DNA of 42,609 nucleotides, taken from NCBI GenBank assembly GCA_964367975.1, contig CAYIYS010000001.1, forward strand, positions 1-42,609, given 5' to 3'. A model generated the notes under the pieces. The model ran no database searches. It was not told where the DNA came from and worked only from the letters and a program-made list of their open reading frames with translations. Source of the stretch: an uncultured Eubacteriales bacterium. GTDB lineage: Bacteria; Bacillota_I; Bacilli_A; RFN20; UBA1709. The position numbers were made by a program, and so were the translations under genes. Numbering within the stretch: position 1 is the first letter of the stretch; every line of letters begins with the position of its first letter. This document shows positions 8,116 to 16,105 of the stretch, in pieces.

Positions 8116-10707
8116 ATGTTTAATAAAAGCGCAGAAGATGTGATAAAAGAGTTAAAAAGCGATGTCAAGACTGGTTTAGCCAGCCAAGAAGTGGCGAAGC
8201 GACTAGCACAGTATGGCAGTAATGAATTAATTGGTAAAAAAAAGGTGCCTTTGATTGTTAAGTTTTTGCGTCAATTCAAAGATATTTTAGTTATTATTTT
8301 ATTAATCGCGGCTGCTATTTCAATTATTGTTGATCCGGGTGAGTGGATTGATAGTTTAGTAATCTTATTCGTTGTTATTTTAAATGCTATTTTGGGAGTG
8401 GTTCAAGAGAATAAAGCTGAGAAAGCTTTAGAAGCACTTAAGAAATTATCATCACCTTTATGTAAGGTATATCGCGATGGTAACTTAGTTCAATTAGAGA
8501 CTAGAGAACTAGTTCCCGGCGATATTATCAGTATTGAGGCGGGCGACTATATTCCTGCTGATGCTAGAATCATTGAGGCCGTTAACTTGAAAGTTGATGA
8601 AAGTGCTTTGACTGGTGAATCGGTTCCGGTCAACAAATATGAACGAGTTATTAATAAAAACGAGCTTCCAATTGGCGATAAAAAGAACATTCTTTTCTCT
8701 TCAACTTTTGTGACTTATGGTCGAGCATTAGCGATTGTTTATGATACCGGTATGAAAACCGAAATTGGCAAGATTGCCACCATGCTAGAGGAACAAGAAG
8801 AAAAACTGACACCTTTACAAAATAAACTTGAACAAATTGGCAAAACCATGGGTATCTTATCAATTGGTATTTGTGTTATTGTCTTTGTTTTGCAATGGAT
8901 TAACGGGGCTGATATTTTAGATGCCTTTAAAACTGCCGTTGCCTTAGCGGTGGCAGCTATTCCAGAGGGATTAGCGGCTGTTGTAACGGTCATTCTTTCG
9001 ATTGGTGTTTCAAAAATGGTTAAGCAAAACGCCATTGTTAAAAAATTACCAGCAGTCGAGACATTAGGTTGTACTTCAATTGTTTGTTCAGATAAAACGG
9101 GGACTCTGACCCAAAATAAGATGACGGTGGTCGAAATCTATGATGGCAAGCTCATTCCTCAAGCAGAATTTAGCAAATTGGAAAGCGAATTACTGACTTA
9201 TTTTGCTGTTTGCTGTGATGCCAAAATAGAGTATGTTAATGGTGTTGAAAAAAGAATTGGTGATCCGACCGAAACAGCTTTACTTGAAGCAAATATTAAA
9301 TATGGAGCGAAGGAAATAAGTGAGTTTGTTAGAGTTGCGGAGATTCCTTTTGATTCAGATCGCAAATTAATGACAGTGGTTGTAAAGCATCAAGATAAGT
9401 TACTATCCATCACTAAAGGAGCTCCCGAAATAATTTTTGAGCGGGCCGATCAAAAGACTAAAGAGGCCGTTAAAATCAATCGTGATATGGCCACGAGAGC
9501 ATTGAGAGTTTTAGGAGTGGCTGTGAAGGAAATTAAAGAACTACCAACCGATTTGAATACTTTAGAGCAACAGCTTCACTTTATTGGTTTGGTGGGGATG
9601 ATCGATCCTCCTAGAGATGAAGTTAAGGGAGCTATTATAGAAGCAAAGCGGGCTGGTATTACACCAATTATGATTACGGGAGACCATGTCTTAACTGCGA
9701 CTGCTATCGCTCAAAAATTAGGAATTTATAGCGAGGGCGAGCTAGCTTTAACAAGTGAAGAATTAAATAAACTAAGTGATGAAGAATTAGCTAGCAAGCT
9801 AGAACATATTAAGGTATACGCTCGAGTTGCGCCTGCCGATAAAGTTAGAATTGTTAAAGCTTGGCAACAAAAAGGCCAAGTAGTTGCTATGACCGGCGAT
9901 GGAGTTAATGATTCTCCAGCCCTGAAGTGCAGTGATATTGGTTGTGCGATGGGCATAACTGGTACCGATGTTTCCAAAGAAGCCGCCGCGATGATTTTAA
10001 CTGATGATAACTTTGCAACTATTATTGGAGCAGTTAAACAAGGCCGCGGAGTCTATGCCAACATAAAAAAATGTGTCAAATACTTACTATCTGGTAATAT
10101 TGGCGAAGTTATAACCATCTTTGTTGTATCTTTATTAACTCTATTATTTGCTAAAGATTTTGGAGTTCCTTTATTACCAATTCATTTATTATGGATTAAC
10201 TTAATTACTGATACTGTTCCGGCTTTTGCTCTAGGCATGGAAGATGCTGAGGATGATTTGATGGATGACAAGCCACGACCAAAAAAAGAAGGGTTCTTTG
10301 CTAATGGGTTGGGTCTAGACATTATTCTAGAAGGAATATTTATTGGTGGTATCACTATTGCTGCTTATTTAATTGGACATGGACATTCAGATTTGAGTGG
10401 TCATACTATGGCCTTTACAACTTTAGCCTTAACTGAATTATTTCATTCCTTTAATATGAAGTCAGAGAATTCCATCTTTAATAAAAAGTTGTTTGCTAAT
10501 AAGTACTTAGTTGGTTCATTCATTTTAGGGGTTGTTTTACAAGCAATTGTGCTATATGTTCCGTTTATCAATGATATCTTTGAACTAGAAGCAATGCCAC
10601 TTGATCGATTATTAATCAGTGTTGGACTAGCGGCTAGCGTCGTGGTCATGATGGAAATATCTAAAGCTATTAAGCAAGCCATCAAAAAAAGGAAACAGCA
10701 TGAATAA
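8116..10707 (+). CDS. P2-type cation-transporting ATPase (Ca2+/Mn2+ pump, YloB/MgtA-Spn-like)
   Basis: PEGL in TM4, plus CSDKTGTLT, TGDH and GDGVNDSPALK motifs. I place the start at ATG 8116 behind a GGAGGG RBS, because the ORF-track ATG at 8068 lies inside the riboswitch terminator. Confidence 0.85.
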   Translation: MFNKSAEDVIKELKSDVKTGLASQEVAKRLAQYGSNELIGKKKVPLIVKFLRQFKDILVIILLIAAAISIIVDPGEWIDSLVILFVVILNAILGVVQENKAEKALEALKKLSSPLCKVYRDGNLVQLETRELVPGDIISIEAGDYIPADARIIEAVNLKVDESALTGESVPVNKYERVINKNELPIGDKKNILFSSTFVTYGRALAIVYDTGMKTEIGKIATMLEEQEEKLTPLQNKLEQIGKTMGILSIGICVIVFVLQWINGADILDAFKTAVALAVAAIPEGLAAVVTVILSIGVSKMVKQNAIVKKLPAVETLGCTSIVCSDKTGTLTQNKMTVVEIYDGKLIPQAEFSKLESELLTYFAVCCDAKIEYVNGVEKRIGDPTETALLEANIKYGAKEISEFVRVAEIPFDSDRKLMTVVVKHQDKLLSITKGAPEIIFERADQKTKEAVKINRDMATRALRVLGVAVKEIKELPTDLNTLEQQLHFIGLVGMIDPPRDEVKGAIIEAKRAGITPIMITGDHVLTATAIAQKLGIYSEGELALTSEELNKLSDEELASKLEHIKVYARVAPADKVRIVKAWQQKGQVVAMTGDGVNDSPALKCSDIGCAMGITGTDVSKEAAAMILTDDNFATIIGAVKQGRGVYANIKKCVKYLLSGNIGEVITIFVVSLLTLLFAKDFGVPLLPIHLLWINLITDTVPAFALGMEDAEDDLMDDKPRPKKEGFFANGLGLDIILEGIFIGGITIAAYLIGHGHSDLSGHTMAFTTLALTELFHSFNMKSENSIFNKKLFANKYLVGSFILGVVLQAIVLYVPFINDIFELEAMPLDRLLISVGLAASVVVMMEISKAIKQAIKKRKQHE

Positions 10708-10972
10708 AGAAGTGGTAGAGATACTTTTCAATAATGAGAAGTATCGGATTGAAAAGATTGCTTCTCATGGAGCGATTAGTCCAAAGGGTTTCATCTATGA
10801 TCAAAGTGAAGATGAAATTGTCTGGCTAGAAAGCGGTAGTGCTATTCTTGAAGTAGAAGGCCAAGAAGTTAAACTAAGCAAAGGCAATACCTATTATCTA
10901 CCAGCCCATTGTAAACATAAAGTTACTTATACAAGTAGTGATTGTGTTTGGCATTGTATCTACATAAAGTAA
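10700..10972 (+). CDS. small cupin-domain protein
   Basis: 90 aa with a beta-rich cupin pattern (..WLESGSAILEVEG..YYLPAHCKHKV). The ATG overlaps the pump stop by 8 nt. Confidence 0.6.
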   Translation: MNKEVVEILFNNEKYRIEKIASHGAISPKGFIYDQSEDEIVWLESGSAILEVEGQEVKLSKGNTYYLPAHCKHKVTYTSSDCVWHCIYIK

Positions 10973-10986
10973 GTAAGAAGATTGTA

Positions 10987-11020
10987 AAAGAAGACATACT
11001 TATGGTATGTCTTCTTTCTT
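10987..11020 (+). terminator. intrinsic terminator of the pump-cupin operon
   Basis: A 13-bp hairpin AAAGAAGACATAC-TTATG-GTATGTCTTCTTT followed by a T-rich tail. Confidence 0.75.
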
Positions 11021-11122
11021 TAATGTCTTTGATGATATTTTTAACTTTGTAAAGGTATTTTTTTGCGACTCATTTACACAACAATAGAAGATATAAAGGC
11101 CATTTCATACCTATTCACAAAA

Positions 11123-11151
11123 TTGCAATTAATATTTTGTTTATATATAAT
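11123..11151 (+). promoter_or_regulatory. sigma-A promoter of the BKACE gene
   Basis: TTGCAA, 17 nt, TATAAT. Confidence 0.6.
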
Positions 11152-11184
11152 TAAAGTGTGCACAATAGTTAAGGAGGACTATTT

Positions 11185-12108
11185 ATGTCAAACAAAAGGA
11201 TTATTAGTTGTGCTATTACGGGGTCAATCCACGTTCCTTCGATGTCGGAATATTTACCGATAACACCAGAAGAAATTGCTCAAAACGCCTTAGATGCCGC
11301 TGTAGCTGGAGCTGCTATTGTCCACCTCCATGCTCGAGACCCAAAAACCGGTCAACCATCTAGCGATCCTAAAATCTTTGGTCAGATTATTGAATTAATT
11401 AGAGCCAAGAATAAAGATGTTATTATTTGTTTAACTACCGGGGGCTCATTACAAATGACGGTTGAAGAGAGGATGGCTATTATTCCTGCTTTTAAACCGG
11501 AACTGGCCTCAATGAATGCCGGTTCAATTAACTGGGGTCTTTTCCCAATCGCTGCCAATCCGAAAATTCAATGGAAGTATGAATGGGAACAAAGAACATT
11601 GGCCTCAACTACCCAAGCCATTTTCAAAAACACATTTGGTGATATGATGACGGCTTTACCAATGTTTTATGCCAATGATACCATTCCTGAAATGGAATGT
11701 TATGATGTGGGCCATATCTATAATGTTAAATGGCTATTAGATAACGGCTACATTAAAGGGAAACCATATCTCCAATTTGTTATGGGTATTAATGGTGCAA
11801 TTCAGGCCACCATTGATGACTTACTTTACATGAAGAATACTTGTGATAGAGTGTTTGGTGTGGGTAAATACAGTTGGTCAGCATTTGGAGCGGGTAAGGA
11901 TGAATTCCCAATTTGTGTTACCAACCTCTTCTTAGGTGGACACTGCCGGGTTGGTTTAGAAGACAACCTAAATGTCTCCAAAGGAGTCAAGGCCAAAAAT
12001 AACGCTGAGTTAGTCCAAAAAATGGTGCGCTTATTCAAAGAATTTGACTTTGTACCAGCCACTCCAGATGAAGCTAGAGAAATGTTGGGATTAATTCCGC
12101 GGAAGTAA
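11185..12108 (+). CDS. beta-keto acid cleavage enzyme (BKACE/DUF849, 3-keto-5-aminohexanoate cleavage enzyme family)
   Basis: 307 aa. The ISCAITGSIHVPS...IVHLHARDP..G N-terminus is typical of Kce-family TIM barrels. RBS AAGGAGG. Confidence 0.8.
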   Translation: MSNKRIISCAITGSIHVPSMSEYLPITPEEIAQNALDAAVAGAAIVHLHARDPKTGQPSSDPKIFGQIIELIRAKNKDVIICLTTGGSLQMTVEERMAIIPAFKPELASMNAGSINWGLFPIAANPKIQWKYEWEQRTLASTTQAIFKNTFGDMMTALPMFYANDTIPEMECYDVGHIYNVKWLLDNGYIKGKPYLQFVMGINGAIQATIDDLLYMKNTCDRVFGVGKYSWSAFGAGKDEFPICVTNLFLGGHCRVGLEDNLNVSKGVKAKNNAELVQKMVRLFKEFDFVPATPDEAREMLGLIPRK

Positions 12109-12118
12109 ATGCTAGTAT

Positions 12119-12144
12119 AAAGAACTCACAAGAGTTCTTTTTTT
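12119..12144 (+). terminator. intrinsic terminator
   Basis: AAAGAACTC-ACAA-GAGTTCTTT hairpin followed by T7. Confidence 0.8.
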
Positions 12145-12196
12145 CACAAAAAAATGGTATAATGATTAAGAAAAATAAGAAAAGGAGATTAAGGTT

Positions 12197-12448
12197 ATGA
12201 TTGAATATAGATATGACACCCAATTATTAATTGAAGGCAAGGGGCTTTCAGAAGATACTATCAACGATTATATTACTAAGAATATTGAGGGCGATTGCTT
12301 ATTGGCAGTGGGTGATAGCGAATTAATTAAGGTTCACTTTCACACCAATACACCTTGGAAAGTAGTAGAGTATTGCGCTTCATTAGGCGATGTTTATGAT
12401 ATTGTTATTGAAAATATGGAAAGACAAGCCAATGGTTTACATGGCTAA
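12197..12448 (+). CDS. stand-alone FakA/YloV middle-domain-like small protein
   Basis: 83 aa. GDCLLAVGDSELIKVHFHTNTPWKVVEYCASLGDVYDIVIENMERQ matches the GDSLLVV.D..VKVHVHT..P......G.L..I.I.NM..Q block of fatty-acid kinase FakA. It has its own TGGTATAAT extended -10 (12155-12163), an AAAGGAG RBS and flanking terminators. Confidence 0.55.
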   Translation: MIEYRYDTQLLIEGKGLSEDTINDYITKNIEGDCLLAVGDSELIKVHFHTNTPWKVVEYCASLGDVYDIVIENMERQANGLHG

Positions 12449-12460
12449 ATAGGAAAGAGA

Positions 12461-12490
12461 AGAGGTTATGGCAACATAACTTTTTCTTTT
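12461..12490 (+). terminator. intrinsic terminator
   Basis: GGTTATG-GCAA-CATAACC-like hairpin followed by TTTTTCTTTT. Confidence 0.6.
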
Positions 12491-12533
12491 ACGTTTTAGA
12501 TAGCATAGTATATAATGAAAATAGGTGATAGTT

Positions 12534-13661
12534 ATGGCAAAAATAGTTCGATTAAATCAACCTCGCAATCCAGTCTTAAATTATGATTTTGCGACTTTTA
12601 ATCGTTACATTTTTGATAAAATCCAATTGGGTTATAAAAACATTTTGGGTGAAATTAAAAGTAATGTGGTTGCCGATGATATTGATTTTGAAAATGATTA
12701 TTTACTGCAAAAACCAAGTGAGTTATTAGATAGTAAAGTTGGTTGGTGTTTTGATATTGTTGAATTATATCGTGAATATTCGTTTGCTCATAAACTAGCT
12801 CTCAAGTCTTATTTTATGGAATATACTGATGAAAATAAACATCTTCAATTTGTTCATAGCTTTGCGATAATGCAACAAAGAGACGGATTATGGTATACCT
12901 GCATAGATAATATTGCTTTGGAATATACTGTTTCAAAAGGTTACGTCAAGCCCCGGGATTGTTTGTCGCAAAATTTTTATATTTTTAAACATTATGTGAA
13001 AGAAGTGATCGCCGAACCCAAACGTGATTGTTTTTATATTAATGAATATTCTGAACCTGATAAAGCTGTCTATGACCAAGAGTTATCAATGGCTGACTGG
13101 TGTCGCATCGAACAATTTAAACCTGAAGAACCTAAAAAAGAAGTCTCTTCCATGGCGATTGTCTTTGCCCCCTATAATGAAAATTCTTATTCTGTCTTAT
13201 TATTAAAGACCAATCACAATGAATGGGTTTTTCCAAAAGGTCATATTGAGGGTAAAGAAAGTTCCAAAGAAGCAGCTATTCGGGAGTGCAAAGAAGAGTC
13301 TAATGTTGATATTAAAAATGCCATTTATTTAGGTAGAGTAGACAAGTATAAATATCAATTTGATTCTTATGACTTAGAAATGACCAACGATATGTTTTAT
13401 GAGTTATTTGGCGCAAACACCATTGAAAAAAGGGTAGAAGTTCATGCTTTCTTTCTCAAAGATAGACAAGCAATTCAATGGTTGAAAGAAGAAAGATTTG
13501 TGGGTGGTGAATGGATTGAGTTAAGTAAAGTCAATCAATGCATAACTTTTGCTAATACTAAAGAAATGTACAAAAAAGCCTATCGCAAATTGAAAAGGTA
13601 TCTTGATTTGGATAAGTTATTGCGCTGGACTCCAATTGTAAATGTTAAAGAAAAAGTGTAA
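12534..13661 (+). CDS. fusion protein: N-terminal Cys-His-Asp (transglutaminase/NAT-like) domain plus C-terminal NUDIX hydrolase
   Basis: The Nudix box is GHIEGKESSKEAAIRECKEESNV. The N-terminal about 200 aa carries GWCFD..(36 aa)..HSFAI..(17 aa)..D spacing typical of papain-like Cys-His-Asp folds. The ATG at 12534 follows an AGGTGA RBS. Confidence 0.6.
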   Translation: MAKIVRLNQPRNPVLNYDFATFNRYIFDKIQLGYKNILGEIKSNVVADDIDFENDYLLQKPSELLDSKVGWCFDIVELYREYSFAHKLALKSYFMEYTDENKHLQFVHSFAIMQQRDGLWYTCIDNIALEYTVSKGYVKPRDCLSQNFYIFKHYVKEVIAEPKRDCFYINEYSEPDKAVYDQELSMADWCRIEQFKPEEPKKEVSSMAIVFAPYNENSYSVLLLKTNHNEWVFPKGHIEGKESSKEAAIRECKEESNVDIKNAIYLGRVDKYKYQFDSYDLEMTNDMFYELFGANTIEKRVEVHAFFLKDRQAIQWLKEERFVGGEWIELSKVNQCITFANTKEMYKKAYRKLKRYLDLDKLLRWTPIVNVKEKV

Positions 13662-13695
13662 AATAAAAGTATAAAAACAGAGGAGGAAATATAAT

Positions 13696-14916
13696 ATGAA
13701 TGTATTTTACAAAGCGTACTGTCGAGTCTTTCAAAAGATTATTTATGTTGCAAGTTATTTTTTGAACTTTTCCGAACCAGAAGTAGTGGCTGGTGAAAAC
13801 AGTGTTTTAAAGTTGGCGAGCTTAGTTAAACAAAAAGAAATTGAGAGTGTCTTAATCGTTACTGATGGTGTGCTATTTGACTTAGGGATGATTGACCCTT
13901 TATGCCAAGAATTAGATAAAGAAGGAGTCAAATATTCAGTTTATTCCAAAGTTGTGCCTAATCCTACAATTGATAATATTGAAGAAGCCTATTCTCAATA
14001 CTTGAAAAATAAACATCAAGCAATTATTGCCTTTGGTGGAGGTTCACCAATGGATTGTGCTAAAGGTGTAGGGGCTAGAGTGGTTAATCCAAATAAGGCC
14101 ATTCCTCAAATGAAAGGCTTATTAAAAGTGCGTCATAAATTACCTTTACTTTTTGCTGTTCCTACTACCGCTGGTACCGGCAGTGAAACGACATTAGCGG
14201 CCGTTATCACAAATAGTAAAACACATGAAAAGTATGCCATTAACGATTCACATTTAATTCCTGCTTATGCCATTTTAGATCCACTGGTTACTGTCAAGTT
14301 GCCGCCTCATATTACATCGACAACGGGAATGGACGCTTTAACCCATGCCGTTGAAGCTTTCATTGGTCATAGTAATACCAAAAAGACTTATACAAGAGCA
14401 ATTGAAGCCACAAAATTAATTTTTGATAATATTAAAGTGGCATATGATGAACCAACTAACCTGAAAGCGCGAAATAATATGCAAATCGCCGCTTATAAAG
14501 CGGGGGTTGCCTTTACTAGAGCTTATGTTGGTAACGTTCACGCTATTGCTCATACATTAGGTGGGTTTTATCAAGTTCCACATGGTTTAGCTAATGCGGT
14601 CATCTTGCCATATGTTTTAGATTTTTATGGCGCAAAAGTTTATAAGCGCTTGGCCATCTTAGCTAGAGAAGTTAACCTCGTTGGTAAAGACGATGAAGAA
14701 TGTGCCAAGAAGTTCATTCAAGCCATTAGAGATTACAATGAATATATGAAGATTCCTGCCAAGATCCTGGCTAAGGATGGTTCCCAATTGATTCAAGATA
14801 AAGATTTTGAAACAATGATTGATCGGGCCCAAGCTGAAGCTAATCCGCTCTATCCGGTTCCGGTGATTATGGATCGAGAAGATATGCGGAAAATTTACAA
14901 AATTATTCAAAAATAA
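13696..14916 (+). CDS. iron-containing (group III) alcohol dehydrogenase
   Basis: 406 aa with GGGSPMDCAKG, PTTAGTGSE and HAIAHTLGG..VPHG motifs. Confidence 0.85.
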   Translation: MNVFYKAYCRVFQKIIYVASYFLNFSEPEVVAGENSVLKLASLVKQKEIESVLIVTDGVLFDLGMIDPLCQELDKEGVKYSVYSKVVPNPTIDNIEEAYSQYLKNKHQAIIAFGGGSPMDCAKGVGARVVNPNKAIPQMKGLLKVRHKLPLLFAVPTTAGTGSETTLAAVITNSKTHEKYAINDSHLIPAYAILDPLVTVKLPPHITSTTGMDALTHAVEAFIGHSNTKKTYTRAIEATKLIFDNIKVAYDEPTNLKARNNMQIAAYKAGVAFTRAYVGNVHAIAHTLGGFYQVPHGLANAVILPYVLDFYGAKVYKRLAILAREVNLVGKDDEECAKKFIQAIRDYNEYMKIPAKILAKDGSQLIQDKDFETMIDRAQAEANPLYPVPVIMDREDMRKIYKIIQK

Positions 14917-14925
14917 GAAATTCAA

Positions 14926-14952
14926 GAGGTGGGCTATTAACCCACCTTTTTT
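14926..14952 (+). terminator. intrinsic terminator
   Basis: AGGTGGG-CTATTAA-CCCACCT hairpin followed by T6. Confidence 0.8.
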
Positions 14953-15015
14953 GTGCTTTATCCAAGTTCGCAATTAAGTTATAATTAAAGCAATGGGTAG
15001 AAAGAAGTTGAAGTT

Positions 15016-15510
15016 ATGCAATTAGAATATCAAACAATAATCAAAGAATCATTTGCAGTCATTGGCAAGCAAGGATCAACCGAATTAGGTAAAGGTTTTA
15101 CTCAAAAATTATGGCAAGATACCAATGAGCATTTGAGTGAGGTCTATCCCTTAGCTAAGAAAGACCAATTAGGTAATGTTATTGGAATTTGGGGAGCGAT
15201 GAGTGATCCAGCAATGACTTTTAAACCTTGGGAGAACGATTATTCGAGTGGTTTATATTTGGCGGGAGTAGAAGTCGAAGATGATGCTCAAGCACCCCAA
15301 GGCTGGGTTAAGTGGGTTATCCCTGGATATGAGTATCTAGTGGTAAAAAACGATAATCCTAAAGTTTTTGCTAAAACCATTAAATATATTCGCAAAAATA
15401 AAATGGAACTAGTGGGTGCAGTTCAAGAGTTTTATTGCCCGAGCGAAAATCAACAACAATACATGTATTTTCCGATCAAAGAATTGAATAACAAAAGCGA
15501 AAACCTATAA
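15016..15510 (+). CDS. GyrI-like / AraC-effector-binding-domain small-molecule-binding protein
   Basis: 164 aa. The overall pattern (FAVIGKQG..., WVKWVIPGYEYLV) resembles the GyrI-like SOUL/Cass2 fold. Confidence 0.5.
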   Translation: MQLEYQTIIKESFAVIGKQGSTELGKGFTQKLWQDTNEHLSEVYPLAKKDQLGNVIGIWGAMSDPAMTFKPWENDYSSGLYLAGVEVEDDAQAPQGWVKWVIPGYEYLVVKNDNPKVFAKTIKYIRKNKMELVGAVQEFYCPSENQQQYMYFPIKELNNKSENL

Positions 15511-15547
15511 GTATTTTGCTGATTATTTACTTTTATAATTAGTAATA

Positions 15548-15570
15548 TAAAACCCCTCGAGAGGGGTTTT
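15548..15570. terminator. bidirectional terminator between convergent genes
   Basis: AAAACCCCTC-GA-GAGGGGTTTT, a perfect hairpin flanked by A and T runs. Confidence 0.8.
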
Positions 15571-15573
15571 GGC

Positions 15574-15954
15574 TTATTTATAAGTTATATCAATCGCTTT
15601 CTTTGGGCATTTAGTAGCACAAACACCACATTTAATACATTTGTCATCATGGATTAGAAAAGGGGATCTCATTTCGCCACTGATAGCTTGAGTTGGGCAA
15701 TTTCGTGCACATATTGAACAGCCAATGCATCTAGCAGGATCAATAATGATGGTCTTGATAACTTTTTGGTCACTACTTTTTTCAATGGCATTATTAACAC
15801 AACCAATATAGCATTGGTCACATTGCTTACATTTTTCTTGGTCTATTTCATAATATTGTTCTTCTACATGATGAATAATTGCACCAAAAGGACATAAAAA
15901 AGCACAATTTCCACAATCGACACACTTTTCTTTTATAATAATATACATTATCAA
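15574..15954 (-). CDS. polyferredoxin with four [4Fe-4S] motifs
   Basis: CVDCGNCAFLCP, CKQCDQCYIGC, CIGCSICARNCP and CIKCGVCATKCP. It is divergent from aor and is the likely redox partner. Confidence 0.85.
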   Translation of the reverse strand: MIMYIIIKEKCVDCGNCAFLCPFGAIIHHVEEQYYEIDQEKCKQCDQCYIGCVNNAIEKSSDQKVIKTIIIDPARCIGCSICARNCPTQAISGEMRSPFLIHDDKCIKCGVCATKCPKKAIDITYK

Positions 15955-15977
15955 TCAACCCCTTAATTGTTATTAAT

Positions 15978-16006
15978 ATTTTAGCATAGATAGTGATTAG
16001 ACACAA
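15978..16006 (-). promoter_or_regulatory. sigma-A promoter of the polyferredoxin gene
   Basis: On the minus strand: TTGTGT, 17 nt, TGCTAAAAT (extended -10). Confidence 0.5.
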
Positions 16007-16052
16007 TGGTATGGGTTGTATTTTACTGACTTAAATGTTAAAATAATTGTAA

Positions 16053-16079
16053 TAAATCTAATCAGATTTAAGGTATAAT
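16053..16079 (+). promoter_or_regulatory. 7-4-7 palindrome TAAATCT-AATC-AGATTTA abutting the TATAAT -10 of aor
   Basis: The palindrome (16053-16070) occupies the spacer and -35 region. The -10 TATAAT is at 16074-16079 and no recognisable -35 is present. Confidence 0.4.
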
Positions 16080-16105
16080 ATAATAACTTATAAGGAGGCA
16101 ATAAC

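Noticed and set aside
11063-11263. A 66-aa ORF upstream of, and overlapping, the BKACE gene.
   Set aside because: It spans the promoter and RBS of the BKACE gene. It has no RBS, starts at TTG, and its composition looks like translated AT-rich non-coding DNA.
12197-12448. The FakA-like mini-ORF, considered as a pseudogene fragment.
   Set aside because: It is flanked by its own promoter, RBS and terminators, and no upstream or downstream FakA-like remnants appear in any frame. It is reported as an intact small gene, with the caveat stated in the findings.
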